The notes beneath the pieces are model-generated. The model was given only the letters and a program-made list of their open reading frames with translations. It made no database searches and was not told the origin of the DNA. Both the position numbers and the translations under genes were made by a program. A DNA stretch of 64,000 nt from the human T2T-CHM13v2.0 reference genome, Homo sapiens: the NCBI RefSeq assembly GCF_009914755.1, contig NC_060933.1. One strand, given 5' to 3'. Shown one piece after another: positions 27,911-38,261 of the stretch. Each line of letters begins with the position of its first letter. Position 1 is the stretch's first letter.

Positions 27911-28168
27911 GTTGGGCAGGGCTGAGCTAGGCTAAGGAGAGGGAGGTGCTGTCGAAGGCAGGGCCAGGGTTTCTGAAGAGGACTGGCTCAGGCTGGCACT
28001 CTGGTTGGTAGGGCGAGCAAGGGCTCATCTGGAAGTTGGGTTTGTACAGCAAGTCCACTTTAGACTGCATGTTATAGATTTTTTTAAAAAGATCCTTTTA
28101 TTCACATTTTATTTTATCAAAGACTGGAAAGCTGCTGACTATCCATAGCAAAGACTAAGAACACCCAG

Positions 28169-28476
28169 GGGCCAAGCGCAGTGGCTCATGCCTGTAATCC
28201 CAACACTGTTAGGGGCTGAGGCAGGAGGATCGCTTGAGCCTACACGTTTGAGACCAGCCAGGGCAATACAGTGAGACCCCATGTCTATAAAAATAATTTT
28301 TTTAATTAGCCGGGTGTAGTGGTGCACAACCGCAGTCCCAGCTACTAGAGAGGCTGAGGTGGGAGGATTGCTTGCGGCTAGGAGATTAAGACCGTAGTGA
28401 GCTGTGGTCGTACTACTGCACTCCAGCCTGGGTGACAGATGAGACCCCATATCCAAAAAACAAAACAAAAAAAAGA
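28169..28476 (+). mobile_element. AluJ
   Basis: Dimer; TSD-like AAGAACAC(C/T)CAGGG. Confidence 0.85.
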
Positions 28477-29498
28477 ACACTCAGGGATGCTAGGTGACTC
28501 AACCTATCACCAGAGAAGGGGGCTCCAAGCCCTGTCAGAAGAAACAATTGCAGCTACTTTTCTCTTTATTATATACAACAACTGGCCTGTGGCTTTGCCA
28601 AGGGACACTGGATCTGAGACCCCATAATCTCAAGTGTCAAAGTCTCCTGGAAGTCCTTCCGATTCCCCCATCCCATCCGGCCACAGCACCCTGTCTGGGT
28701 GTGCCAGTCATATCACTTAGCATCACCCAGAATAAAAGAAACGTGTTTTCACCTGCGTTTCCCAAGAGCCTCCAGGCCACATCTCATTCACCTTTGTGTC
28801 TGCAGCACACAGCTTGGCACATTGGAGACGCCCAATAACTGTGGTCTGGACTGGACTGAGGTGCCACAGCACGGTCACACTGAGGGTGTTATTGTGTTCC
28901 AGACAATTTCAGAACACAAGCATCCTAACTAGGGCTAATAAAAAGGTTTATGACAGCACATAGCCAACTTTTAGGAGGTTGAGCAAAGGAATTCTCAAGG
29001 CTAACGCCGCCTGAGGGTTTTTATTACAAAGGAGACATTTAGCCTGGCAATGTCCCTGGGTGCCTGAGAAGCCAGCTTGGGGTATCACGGTCAAAGGTAA
29101 ATCCTATCTTGCGACAAGCAGCAAGGCAACACCAGGGCCCAGGAAGCGGTAAAAATCCAGGAACACAAAAGAGAATAATGACAAGCAGGGCCAAATGTCA
29201 AAAAGGACAGCATAAAGAGTGAGCCCAGTGAAGTGGGTCTGAGGAGCAGCAAATGCTACAAATGCATTGGGGAGCTGGCCGCCTGGCGTTAACCTCGTAA
29301 CTCAGAATTAATTACAGGAGCACACACTCAGATCTGGGAAGATTAGTGTAGGAGACTGTGATGCAGTCCTAATATCTAATAAATCTTTAAATCGATGAGC
29401 TGTGCCCACTGGCGATTTTTCTTCATCTTTCCTCCCTGAGAGCTCACGTGACACAAGCCAGCATTTGCTTTTTATCTGCCTGTGGACAGGGGGCATAT

Positions 29499-29500
<2 letters not shown>

Positions 29501-29529
<29 letters not shown>
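29501..29529. repeat. (GT)n microsatellite
   Basis: Seen directly. Confidence 0.95.
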
Positions 29530-29530
<1 letters not shown>

Positions 29531-31488
29531 ACGCGCATAAATACAATGTGGGCTTCACTAAGTCACATCATAGAGGAATCAAGAAATTTGCCGTCCTGGG
29601 AATACCTGGGACAGGGGAATTCTTTTGTCAAGCAGCCTTTTATAAAGTGAAGAAACCTTTTAGGATGCAAATATCCCCTTCCCCCACCAGGCTCCAGTGA
29701 GGGCTACACTGGCTGGAATCAGTCAGCCTTCCTGTCCCAACCTGTTCGTTTGTGTACCTGTTTGGGTCTATTCACCATGCACACCACTTAAGCCTGTCTC
29801 ATGGAGCTGACAAGCAATACATTTTATAAACGAATCATCCCCAGGGAACAGATGAGAAAACCACCGGCAAGGAGCACTGTCAAACTTCCCAAGGATAGCA
29901 TTCCTTTCCCAGATCCGAGATGCAAACTACGCCACATCCTCTCCTAACACAAGCTGCCCACTCCAGAGGCAGCCTGCTCCCCTCTCCTCCTCCCCGGCTC
30001 CTCAGGCCTCCTCTCCCAGCTGAATAAAAAGCTGGAGAGCCTCATTGTTGGGGAACAGTAACATTTTTATGCTATTTTAAAGGCAACAGCTCTAAGCACC
30101 CGAATGTTGGCTCCTTTTCCATCAATAAAAAGGCCCCAAAAGGGTATTTTCATAGCAAAATGATATCTTATGGAGAGCACAAAGAACCACAAAAATAAAA
30201 TTGCCATAAATTGAAACTGTCTCGAAATTCAGCCTACACCGGGAAGCGTTAAACTCCAAGCCAGGCAGGCTCTGATTTTCCCATCTGAGACCCTTTTCAC
30301 ATGTTCCTAGTTCTCTCATGAAGTCCAAACATTTCTCCCACCCGGGAAGGCCTATATACTTCCTTGGAAGTCCGGGTATGTTATTTCTTCCCTTGACATC
30401 CTCGAGATGATCTGTAACATTCATCTAAAGCTCAATTACCGCTGTGTCCTCAGTCACACCCAGAAATTCCCGAAGGCACCGTCTGCCGCAGCGCCGGGTG
30501 CACAGTGGGCGCCCGATTAATGTGTGGTTTGATTTGATCTGATCTGGCCCCTTCAGCCAGGAAGACTCACTGGTAACTGGACGCCCTGCAGCGGACCGCA
30601 GCGCCGGCCCAGCTCTCAGCTGGCGCGGGGCGGGGGTGCAACCACCTGTGGGCGGGTGCCCGGGACGCAGGCCCAGGCGCCGCCGCCCTGAGGTGCCCCG
30701 CCGACCCCACGCACGGTGCCCAAGGGAGAAAGTCAGGCGCGCCTGGCCCCCCGGGCACCCCGGGGTCGACTCCCAGCGCCCCAGCAAAGGGCTCTGCCGG
30801 TGCAAGGCAGGCAGGTCTGAGACAGCCGACTCTAGAGTTAGCTCCCAAGTCACCCTACCCGCTGCGAGGAGGCTGCGGGGCAGATGGGGCTCAGGGAATG
30901 GGAATGGGGTGTATCCAGAAGGGATCAGCAGAGAGCAGAAATGGTCTAACCCCCGCCTCCCAAACTTGGGGCGCCTGCCGAGCAGCAAGCGAGGGGATCT
31001 CCTCTCTGCTGTCTCATCAAGGCCTGATGGCGAGTTTGAGGGGGGACAAGCTGGACACCCCAGGACGGCCTCACATTGATTTGAGATTTTCTACCCAATA
31101 ACCCAGTATCAGGAAGACCCCTGCTGGAAGCTAGGGACGGAAGGGGAGCGCCGGCCACCCACACCAGGGGGGGCGGGGTCTCGGGACTTGGGGACCGTGT
31201 GTACTGGGGAGGGGGCGAGGCCCCAAGGACTAGGTGGGCGCCAGAGAAATCGCAACCCCGCGGCGCAATGTGCCAAGGAGGGGGCACGGGCCAAAGGTGG
31301 GGCCCCGGAAGAGACCGGGACGGGGTGGCCCAAGAAGAAAAAGGGTTGAGGAGTGCTCGGAGAAGAGGATGGGGGAGGGGATCCCCAGGGAGGTGCAAGG
31401 GAAGCGCCCCCGATGCAAGCACTGGGGGAGGGGGAGCTGCCTCCAGGGGCGCGAGGTGCCAGTGCCCCAGACTGGCCCCGTCACTCAC

Positions 31489-31794
31489 CGGCAGGTCCAC
31501 GCTCACTTCGGTCCCGTCGAGCAGGAAGACGCGGCAGTAGAGGGTGGCCTTGGCGGCGCCGGCGGCGGAGATGTGCACGGCCGCGCCGCCGGTGAGCAGG
31601 GGCCCGCCGCCCGCCGGGAACACGCTGCCCCCGGGCGCGGCGGGCAGCGCCGAGGAGGAGGCGGCGGCGGCCGGGCCCCCCCGTGGCCCCCCATCGCGCT
31701 CGTCCCCCAGCCCGGCGGCCCCGCGCCCCGCCGCGCCCCGCGCGTAGCGCTGCATGGAGCGGCGGCCAAAGGTCCGGCGCAGGAACCGCAGCAT
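31489..31794 (-). CDS. EPB41L4B: EPB41L4B (EHM2) coding exon 1: Gly/Ala-rich N-terminus plus start of the FERM domain; CDS continues outside the window
   Basis: Translates to MLRFLRRTFGRRSMQRYARGAAGRGAAGLGDERDGGPRGG...KATLYCRVFLLDGTEVSVDLP, which I recognise as the EPB41L4B N-terminus. CRVFLLDGT is typical of the FERM F1 lobe start. ATG context gccAGGATGC; 306 nt, phase-0 donor CCG|GTGAGT at 31488; lies in a CpG island. Confidence 0.95.
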
Positions 31795-31828
31795 CCTGGC
31801 TGGGGGCGCCCCCTGCCTCCGCCCCCTG

Positions 31829-31858
31829 CGCTGCCGCTGCCGCTGCCGCTGCCGCTGC
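31829..31858 (-). repeat. (GCAGCG)5 hexamer repeat in the 5' leader
   Basis: (CGCTGC)5 on the + strand. Confidence 0.9.
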
Positions 31859-32046
31859 GCCGCCGCCCGGGAGCGTCCCGCGACGCCGTCAGTGCCCTCG
31901 GCCGCCCGCGCCGCCTCTCGCGGGCTACGGCCCGGGGCAAGCCCGCGCCGAGGCCGAGGCCGCGCTCTAGCCGCCTGCGGGGCGCGCCGGCCCGGCCAGC
32001 GCCGGCTGCGAGTGGCCGCAGGCGGGAGGGCGCGCTCGGGGCCGTC

Positions 32047-32064
32047 CCGCCGCCGCCGCCGCCG
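32047..32064 (-). repeat. (CGG)6 in the 5' leader
   Basis: (CCG)6 on the + strand. Confidence 0.9.
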
Positions 32065-32356
32065 CGCGCTCTCCCGGGCCGGCGGCCTGCGCGGGCTGCC
32101 GAGGGGCTGCTCCGGACGGGCGGCTGCGGGCTGCCAGGGGGCTGCCGGGGGCGCGGGAGGCGGGCTGCGGGCTGCTCCCGCGCCGCGCGCCGGCCGAGGG
32201 CCAGCCGGAGCAGGGCGCCTGCGTGGTCCTGGCGCGCTCGCTCCCACTCGCCGCGCCGCGCCCGGGGCCCGAGGAGGCCCCGCCGAGCGCCCGCTCCCAA
32301 GGCGCCTTTTCCTGCGCCCGCAGCCCCCGCCTCCCACCTGGGAGGCTGCACCTCCA

Positions 32357-32389
32357 GCCGCCGCCGCCGCCGCCGCCGCCGCTGCCGCC
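32357..32389 (-). repeat. (GGC)2AGC(GGC)8 trinucleotide repeat
   Basis: + strand (GCC)8GCT(GCC)2. Confidence 0.92.
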
Positions 32390-32450
32390 GGGACTGCAGC
32401 ACGCCCTCCTCCCTCGGGGCTGCGCCGGGTAATTGCAAGCCGGGTCTGTG

Positions 32451-32483
32451 CTGCCCCCTGCCGGCCCGAGCGCCCCCTGCTGC
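32451..32483 (-). promoter_or_regulatory. Two tandem CTCF-like motifs
   Basis: Minus strand CCGGCAGGGGGCAG (32451-32464) and GCAGCAGGGGGCGC (32470-32483) versus the core CCRSYAGRKGGCR. Confidence 0.5.
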
Positions 32484-32488
32484 TGTAG

Positions 32489-32528
32489 GTGTGCTCACGT
32501 GTGTACACGTAGGTGAGCACACACGTGT
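32489..32528. promoter_or_regulatory. E-box/HRE-like cluster within an inverted repeat
   Basis: CACGTG at 32496 and 32522, CACGTA at 32506; 10-bp arms GTGTGCTCAC/GTGAGCACAC. Confidence 0.5.
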
Positions 32529-33937
32529 TTCCGGCGCCCAGAGCCCTGGAGGCGCCGAGTGCCCCTTTGCACCGATAGGAAAACAAGGCCGCGTGCCCTC
32601 TGGGAAGCGTTGCCCCGGAGACCAGGCAGAATAGCACTACGTTTTCCCCCATGAAAAAATAGCACTGTTTCCTCTTCTGGAAAAGGAGAGGGGTGGACTA
32701 GGTAATCAACACGGTAATCTACAAGGTCCTTGCTACTTAAGTTCTGTCAATTTAAGATCTCAGAGCTGGAAGGACTTTTTTAGTCATTCCAGTCCAGTGG
32801 ACTCATTCCACATAAGGAACTTGAGGCCCGGCGAGGAGAGGAAGTATTTTTCCAATATGCTACGCAAGAAAACACCTTTCCTCAAGATCTCAGGTCCAGT
32901 ATTGAGATAAAGGCCTGGATAAATAACAGAGAAGGCTAGTGAAGTTGAAAATTACTGAGAAGCAGAGTAGATCTGAGGCTCTGAGAATGAATAGTGTAGG
33001 ACACACTGAGAATATTGGAGAGAGACGGAATTGTTTCTAAGCAGTGGCCCGCCAGTATACAAGTTCAAGGTCCGCTTCGAGTGAAGAGGGTTGACCAGTG
33101 CTGCTAAATGAGGAATGTGGAAGAGGATGAAGCTGAAAGGAGGTCAGGCCTCTTGGGAAGAATAACACTACTATTTATCATTCCCTTAATCTTGTGCCAA
33201 ACACCGTGCTAAGCCCTTTCCATTCATCATCTCAATCCCCACAACAGCCTGGTTAGATAGACGTTCTTATCCCCATTGTACAGAGGAGGAAACTGAAGCT
33301 TAGAGAGCTTAAGAGACGGGCTCCAGATTCCATGGTTAAGACCAGCTCTTTCACCCAGCTCCAAAGCTGTTGGCTGCTAACCACTACCTCTGCTGCCAGG
33401 CAGAGGTGTGTGCATGACTGGCAGGCAGGTGAAGATGTCTGAGAGGCCTGGAAAACGCAGTGGACACAGCAAAAAAGACAAAGAGGAAGGAGTGCATTTA
33501 TGAGGCATTCTAAAACAGACATTTATTAAGGATCAGGCGCTGTCTGAGGTGATTTCATGGATGGAATTTTCATTAGTCCACACTCCAATCTTTCCAGGTA
33601 TTCTATGTAACCCCCAAGTCACATAGGACTGCAGTTCGGGTCTTAAGAGAAGTAATATCCTTGTCCGAGGTCTCAGAGCTCCTGAGTGGCAGCAGCCAGT
33701 ACCCTCACTCATTGTCTAATGTTCTTTTTATGATACTATGGAGGTCTCCCATGTGACAGTGTTCTCTGAGAGGGCATCTGTAATCGGCCTTCAGGTACCC
33801 AATCTACTCCTCTCCCACCGCTCCACCCCAGACTGTATTTAATAGAACACAGCCACAAGCAGATGTTCAAAGGTAGTCCAATTCTGCTTACTGGTTTCTA
33901 AGGATAGTCCATTTCCTACTATATAGCCCAGGAGTGC

Positions 33938-34373
33938 TGTGGCACACTGACTAATAGCCACCCAAAGATGTCCGCAGACCAATTGCTAGAATCCGTGAAT
34001 ATGTCCCTTTATGTGGCCAAAAAGACTTTGCAGATGTGATTAAGTTAAGGAGTTTGAAGTAGGGCGATTATCTTGTATTAATCCAACGTAATCGCAAGGG
34101 TCCTTATAAGAGGGAAGCGGGAGGGTCAGAGTCAGAGAAGGTGTCACAACAATGGCAGCAGAAGTCAGCATAATGGAACCAGGATATAAGGAACCTGGGT
34201 AGCTGAAAGAAGCTAGAAAAGATAAGGAACAAATTGACCCCTAGAGATTCCAGAAGGAATGCAGCCTTGATTTTAGCCCATGAAACCTCCAGAATTGTAA
34301 AATAATACATTTGTGTTGTTCTAAACCACTAAGTTTGTGGTAACTTATTCCAGCAGCAACAGGAAACTAATAT
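33938..34373 (+). mobile_element. MLT1C/D-like MaLR LTR
   Basis: CCCAAAGATGTCC...GACTTTGCAGATGTGATTAAGTTAAGG...CAGCAGCAACAGGAAACTAATA. Confidence 0.8.
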
Positions 34374-34392
34374 GAGTGCACTATTAATAATA

Positions 34393-35060
34393 TGGCTGGG
34401 TGTGGTGGCTCACACCCGTAATCCCAGCACTGTGGGAGGCCGAGGTGAGAGGATCACTTGAGCCCAGGAGTTCGAGAGCAGCCTGGGCAACAAGGTGAAA
34501 CCCTATCTCTACAAAAAAAAAAAAAAAATTAATTAGCCACACGTGGTGGCACATGCCTGTGTTTCCAGCTGCTTGGGAGGCTGAGGCAGGAGGATTGATT
34601 GCGCCCAGAAGTTTGAAGTTGCAGTGCACTGCATTGCACCAAGGTAATGCCACTGCACTCCAGCTAGGGTGACAGAGTGAGACTCTGTTTCACAAAAGAT
34701 AAATAATATATTACTTTGGTGCATTATGGTTTTCAAAGCCCTCTACTCCCATTCAGTTTTGTGATTTATCCATGATCATTCTCTCCCACTAGACCTAAGC
34801 TACATGAAGATAGGAGTTTTTTGTCTCCCTCCCTCCCTCCCTCCCTCCCTTCCTTCCTTTCTTTCTTTCAAGACAGGGTCTTGCTCTGTCCCCCAGGCTG
34901 GAGCACGGTGGTGCAATCACGGCTTACTGCAGCCTCAATCTTCCAGACTCAGTCAATCCTCCACCTCAGCCTCCCAAGTAAATGGGACCACAGATTCTCG
35001 CTATCGCACCCGGCTAATTTTTTGTAGAGATGGGGTTTCACCACGTTGCCCATGCTGGAG
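34393..35060. mobile_element. AluJ (+, 34393-34700) and truncated AluJ (-, ~34826-35060)
   Basis: Alu consensus motifs. Confidence 0.85.
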
Positions 35061-35885
35061 GACGTTCTCTTATTCATCATTATATCCCCAGCCAGCACCT
35101 AGCCTGCTGTCTGATAAGTAGTAGGCAGTCAATAAACGTTTGTTGAATGAATGCAAGATCTCACCTCATCTTCATAACAGCCCTGTGGGGTAGATATTGT
35201 TATTGCCTTTTAGAGACAGGGAAAATGAAGACTGGAATGGAGGCTCTTACATAGTAGCACTGGCAATACTATGTCATCATGAATCACACGGGAACTCCAG
35301 ATTGCTTTAGTTTTACCTCTACCTCCTATGTGTCAGGCACTGTCACCTCATGGATCTCATTCCGTCCTTATCACAATAGTGATTTAAGCACTATTCTTTC
35401 CACCACACAGGAAAAGCCAAGGCTCAGGCATTCCTTTGACTACATTTTATGTCAAGTTTCAACCTTAGAATTTCAATATTTGATGAGTAAGTTTGCATTT
35501 TGTCTGTTCACAGTATTATGTGATTCAATGCTTGCTCTTTCTTAATCTTTGTCTTTCGAACCGAAAATTCCCTATTCTTGTTATCTGAACTCTATAACCA
35601 GCCCTTCAAAGATTTTAATTGCTCTTGCTTGGACCTCTTTTATGCCCAGTGTGAATGGGCCAGAGCTGTACATATCTTCTGTTTATCAATGCATTGCTCT
35701 TTTATGGGCCTTTTGATCTTCAAATGGTTATTCATAACCCCCAGTGCTATGGTCTGAATGTTTGTATCCCCCAAAAATGCATATGCTGAAATCCCAACCC
35801 CCAAGGAGTAGGAGGTGGAGGTTTATTAGGTCATGAAGACAGAGCCCTTATGAATGGAATTTGTGCCCTTATAAAAGAGACCCCA

Positions 35886-36020
35886 AGCCTAGCGCAGTGG
35901 CTGATGCCTGTAATCCCAGCACTTTGGGAGGCCGGTGGGGAGGACAGCTTGAGCTCAGGAGTTGGGGCCTAACCTGGATGACATAATGAGACCTCATCTC
36001 TGAAAAGATTTTAAAAAATA
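35886..36020 (+). mobile_element. FLAM-like Alu monomer
   Basis: GCAGTGGCTGATGCCTGTAATCCCAGCACTTTGGGAGG...GAGACCTCATCTCT; TSD AAGAGACCCCA. Confidence 0.85.
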
Positions 36021-36032
36021 AGAGACCCCAGA

Positions 36033-36142
36033 GGCTAGTCCGAAGGTAGAGAGTTATCTCAGTTGAGTGTTCATAGTCAGTTACAGATCAAATTCCTGTT
36101 CGACTCTTTCTCCCCTTCTCACTGCTGCACTTGAGTAATCTT
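36033..36142 (+). pseudogene. Y RNA retropseudogene (hY1/RNY1-derived)
   Basis: GGCTAGTCCGAAGGTAGAGAGTTATCTCAGTTGAGTGTTCATAGTCAGTTACAGATC...CTGCACTTGAGTAATCTT matches full-length hY1 with about a dozen differences (recalled sequence). A-rich tail and TSD AGAGACCCCAG. Confidence 0.92.
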
Positions 36143-37019
36143 AAAAAAGAAAAGAAAGAGAGAGAGAGAGACCCCAGGGACTCCTTGCCACTTGCACCAT
36201 GTGAGGACACAGTGAGAAGGTGCCATCTATGAACCAGGAAACAGGCCCTCACCAGGCTCTGAATCTGTCAGCAACTTGGTGTTGGACTTCCCAGCCTCCA
36301 GAACTATAAGAAATACATTTCTGTTGTTTATAATACAAGTTCATGGTATTCTGTTAGAATAGCCTGAAGGAATAAGACACCCAGGATTTCTCCTGCCTTT
36401 CTGTCTGAAACTGTCTTGGACTGAAGTTCTCAGGAAACAGTCTACACTAATTTCTAGATCCTTTTCTTGGTCATAAGCAGTAGCTTGACTTCCTTAGTCT
36501 CATAGGCATCTTTTGGAATTTGTCTCTAGAGTCACCTTCTTGCCTTCTTGTTAAAGCTCAACTACCACCTCTTTGCCTACTTCCTCCAGGAGAACTTTCC
36601 ATTATCCTTCCCATCACTACTCAGTTTTGTGTCATCAACAAACCTTGGAGAGTTCCTTATGCACTCCCTTCCTCCAGAGTAATTTTGCATGTTAATTAAA
36701 CAGCCCTCAGCCCTGTCTTTAAGGAACTCCTCTCAGAAATGTGCCATTTGTCTCTATCCTTTGTTTCCTGGCTCATTTCCTAGACTCAACAAAATTGTGC
36801 CCTCATTTTGTTGGGCTCCATTTTTTTTCCCATAGAGCAGGATTACACTTTAATGTATGTTCCTATTCGCTCCCTTATAAATGTATTCTTTTAATAAACA
36901 TTTATTGAGAACTTACTATGTGCCACAAAGCCATCCCTACTGCCACAGGTGTTTAATGTCAGCTTAACCTTTCCTCTATCATTTCACAGTAATAATAGCT
37001 ATCATTAATTAAAGACCAT

Positions 37020-37510
37020 ATAGTAGGCAGCTGTGGTTTCTGCCAGGCTAGCATCCATTTTCTTTCTTTTGGTTACAGAGCATGGGTTACTTTGTGGAGC
37101 CATTTCACCTAGGCCTAACAGTCTAGGTGAAGCTGACCCCACACTGTGCTGCAGGTGTGGACACAGGATCAGGCCTGGCCAATCAGAGAATTGCATTTCC
37201 TAAAGACCTGCTACCGGCTCAAGAATGGACCATAACCCATGCCAGGCCAATGAAGGTCAGCCCTTTAACTCTGGCTGAAATTACTGGGAGTGGGCCATTT
37301 CTTTCCATTGGAATTGGAGAATGAGAAGTGTGCAGGCCTGGAACTGCCTGCTGAAGACCCACTTTGACATAATTTGGAGAAAGCCTGAGGAAGACACCAA
37401 CACAAACAGAGGCAGAGTCAAGAGATGGAGAGACACAGAGGGCAATTTGATTTTGACTACCTGGATTCAGCCATGCCTGAAGCCAGACCTAGCTCCTGGA
37501 ATTTACAACT
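37020..37510 (+). mobile_element. Old MaLR LTR (MLT1J/K-like)
   Basis: CAGGCCTGGCCAATCAGAG...CCTGGATTCAGCCATGCCTGAAGCCAGACCT. Confidence 0.6.
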
Positions 37511-38261
37511 TAAAGAGAATTAGAATGGTTTTTCAGGTCCCAGATCTTCTCTTTGTTCTCTTGTTCTCTTTCTTGAGCACAGGACATAAACATTATTTTG
37601 AATAGGTGCTCACTTTGTTTATTATTTAAAGGACTCATCTCCAGGCAAATAATTAGAATGCAATGCTTATCACTGAATTGTACAGAAATAAATGGACAGT
37701 TAATGAGTCATCTAAGCTTTTAGATCCAGAAGTGGCAAACATGGAAGGACTCTTTGGTGACTACAACTGAGTCCCAAATTTACATTCTTAGCTAATCCTT
37801 TCCCTCTGCTCCAGATGGTATTTCTGACTTCCTCCTCAACATCTAATCCCTAGTTTTCCATTCCAAACATCTACTATCTAGCCTTCCATCGAAACCCCAA
37901 GAGATCAGTATCTGGAGAGAAACAGGAGGGTCCCCTCCTTACCTGATGGCAGCCTTAGCCTGGGTTCCTATCTGAGGACCCATTTCTTCCCCAGAGGATG
38001 TGCATCCTGGTTTGGGAAACACATGTGGCTCTGATAAAATAATCCTAATATCCATATGGAAGATGCACACAGAGAGTGGAAGGGGGGTACTTATTATAGC
38101 ACCTACCCACCCTGCCCCTTCCATCTCCATTGTTACTTACCCTTGGGTTGCCCATGCCATGCTCCCTCTTCCTGGACATCCCTGATGTGCTTGCCTGTCC
38201 CTTACAATCTCTTAGCCAACTGCTTTACCTTTGTTCTTCTCTGTTTGATGGACTAAAATCG

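Larger units (their letters stand above)
31795..32410 (-). other. EPB41L4B: Probable 5' UTR part of EPB41L4B exon 1 (TSS approximate)
   Basis: Very GC-rich, AUG-free sequence directly upstream of the start codon. The 5' boundary is inferred from the promoter motifs at 32450-32530 and cannot be fixed from sequence. Confidence 0.55.
30470..32620. promoter_or_regulatory. CpG island / EPB41L4B promoter
   Basis: Dense CpG and very high GC against CpG-depleted flanks; GC boxes (GGGGCGGGG ~30627, ~31170); spans exon 1. Confidence 0.92.
35745..36379 (+). mobile_element. MLT1A-like solo LTR containing a FLAM and the Y1 retrocopy
   Basis: TGCTATGGTCTGAATGTTTGT...AATAAGACA, with TG...CA ends and a perfect 5-bp TSD CCCAG (35740-44, 36380-84). 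Confidence 0.88.
35560..36730 (-). mobile_element. CR1-type LINE relic split by an MLT1A LTR
   Basis: Minus strand at ~36620-36645 encodes FVDDTKL (CR1 RT motif FADDTKL). The left segment 35560-35740 has a weaker CR1 resemblance. Confidence 0.55.

Noticed and set aside
31234-32634. 466-, 339- and 244-aa overlapping/antisense ORFs
   Set aside because: Low-complexity Arg/Pro/Ala/Gly translations typical of CpG islands; no recognisable domain.
30946-32652. 568-aa minus-strand ORF as one protein
   Set aside because: Only 31794-31489 is recognisable EPB41L4B. The rest reads through the GT donor into intron 1 or lies in the leader/promoter, and is open because of extreme GC content.
32630-32672. 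AATAGCACT...GTTT direct repeat at the island edge
   Set aside because: Short and imperfect, with no motif I can assign.
37104-37131. TTCACCTAG...CTAGGTGAA inverted repeat
   Set aside because: 9-bp arms with a 10-nt loop inside an old LTR; within chance expectation for 64 kb.
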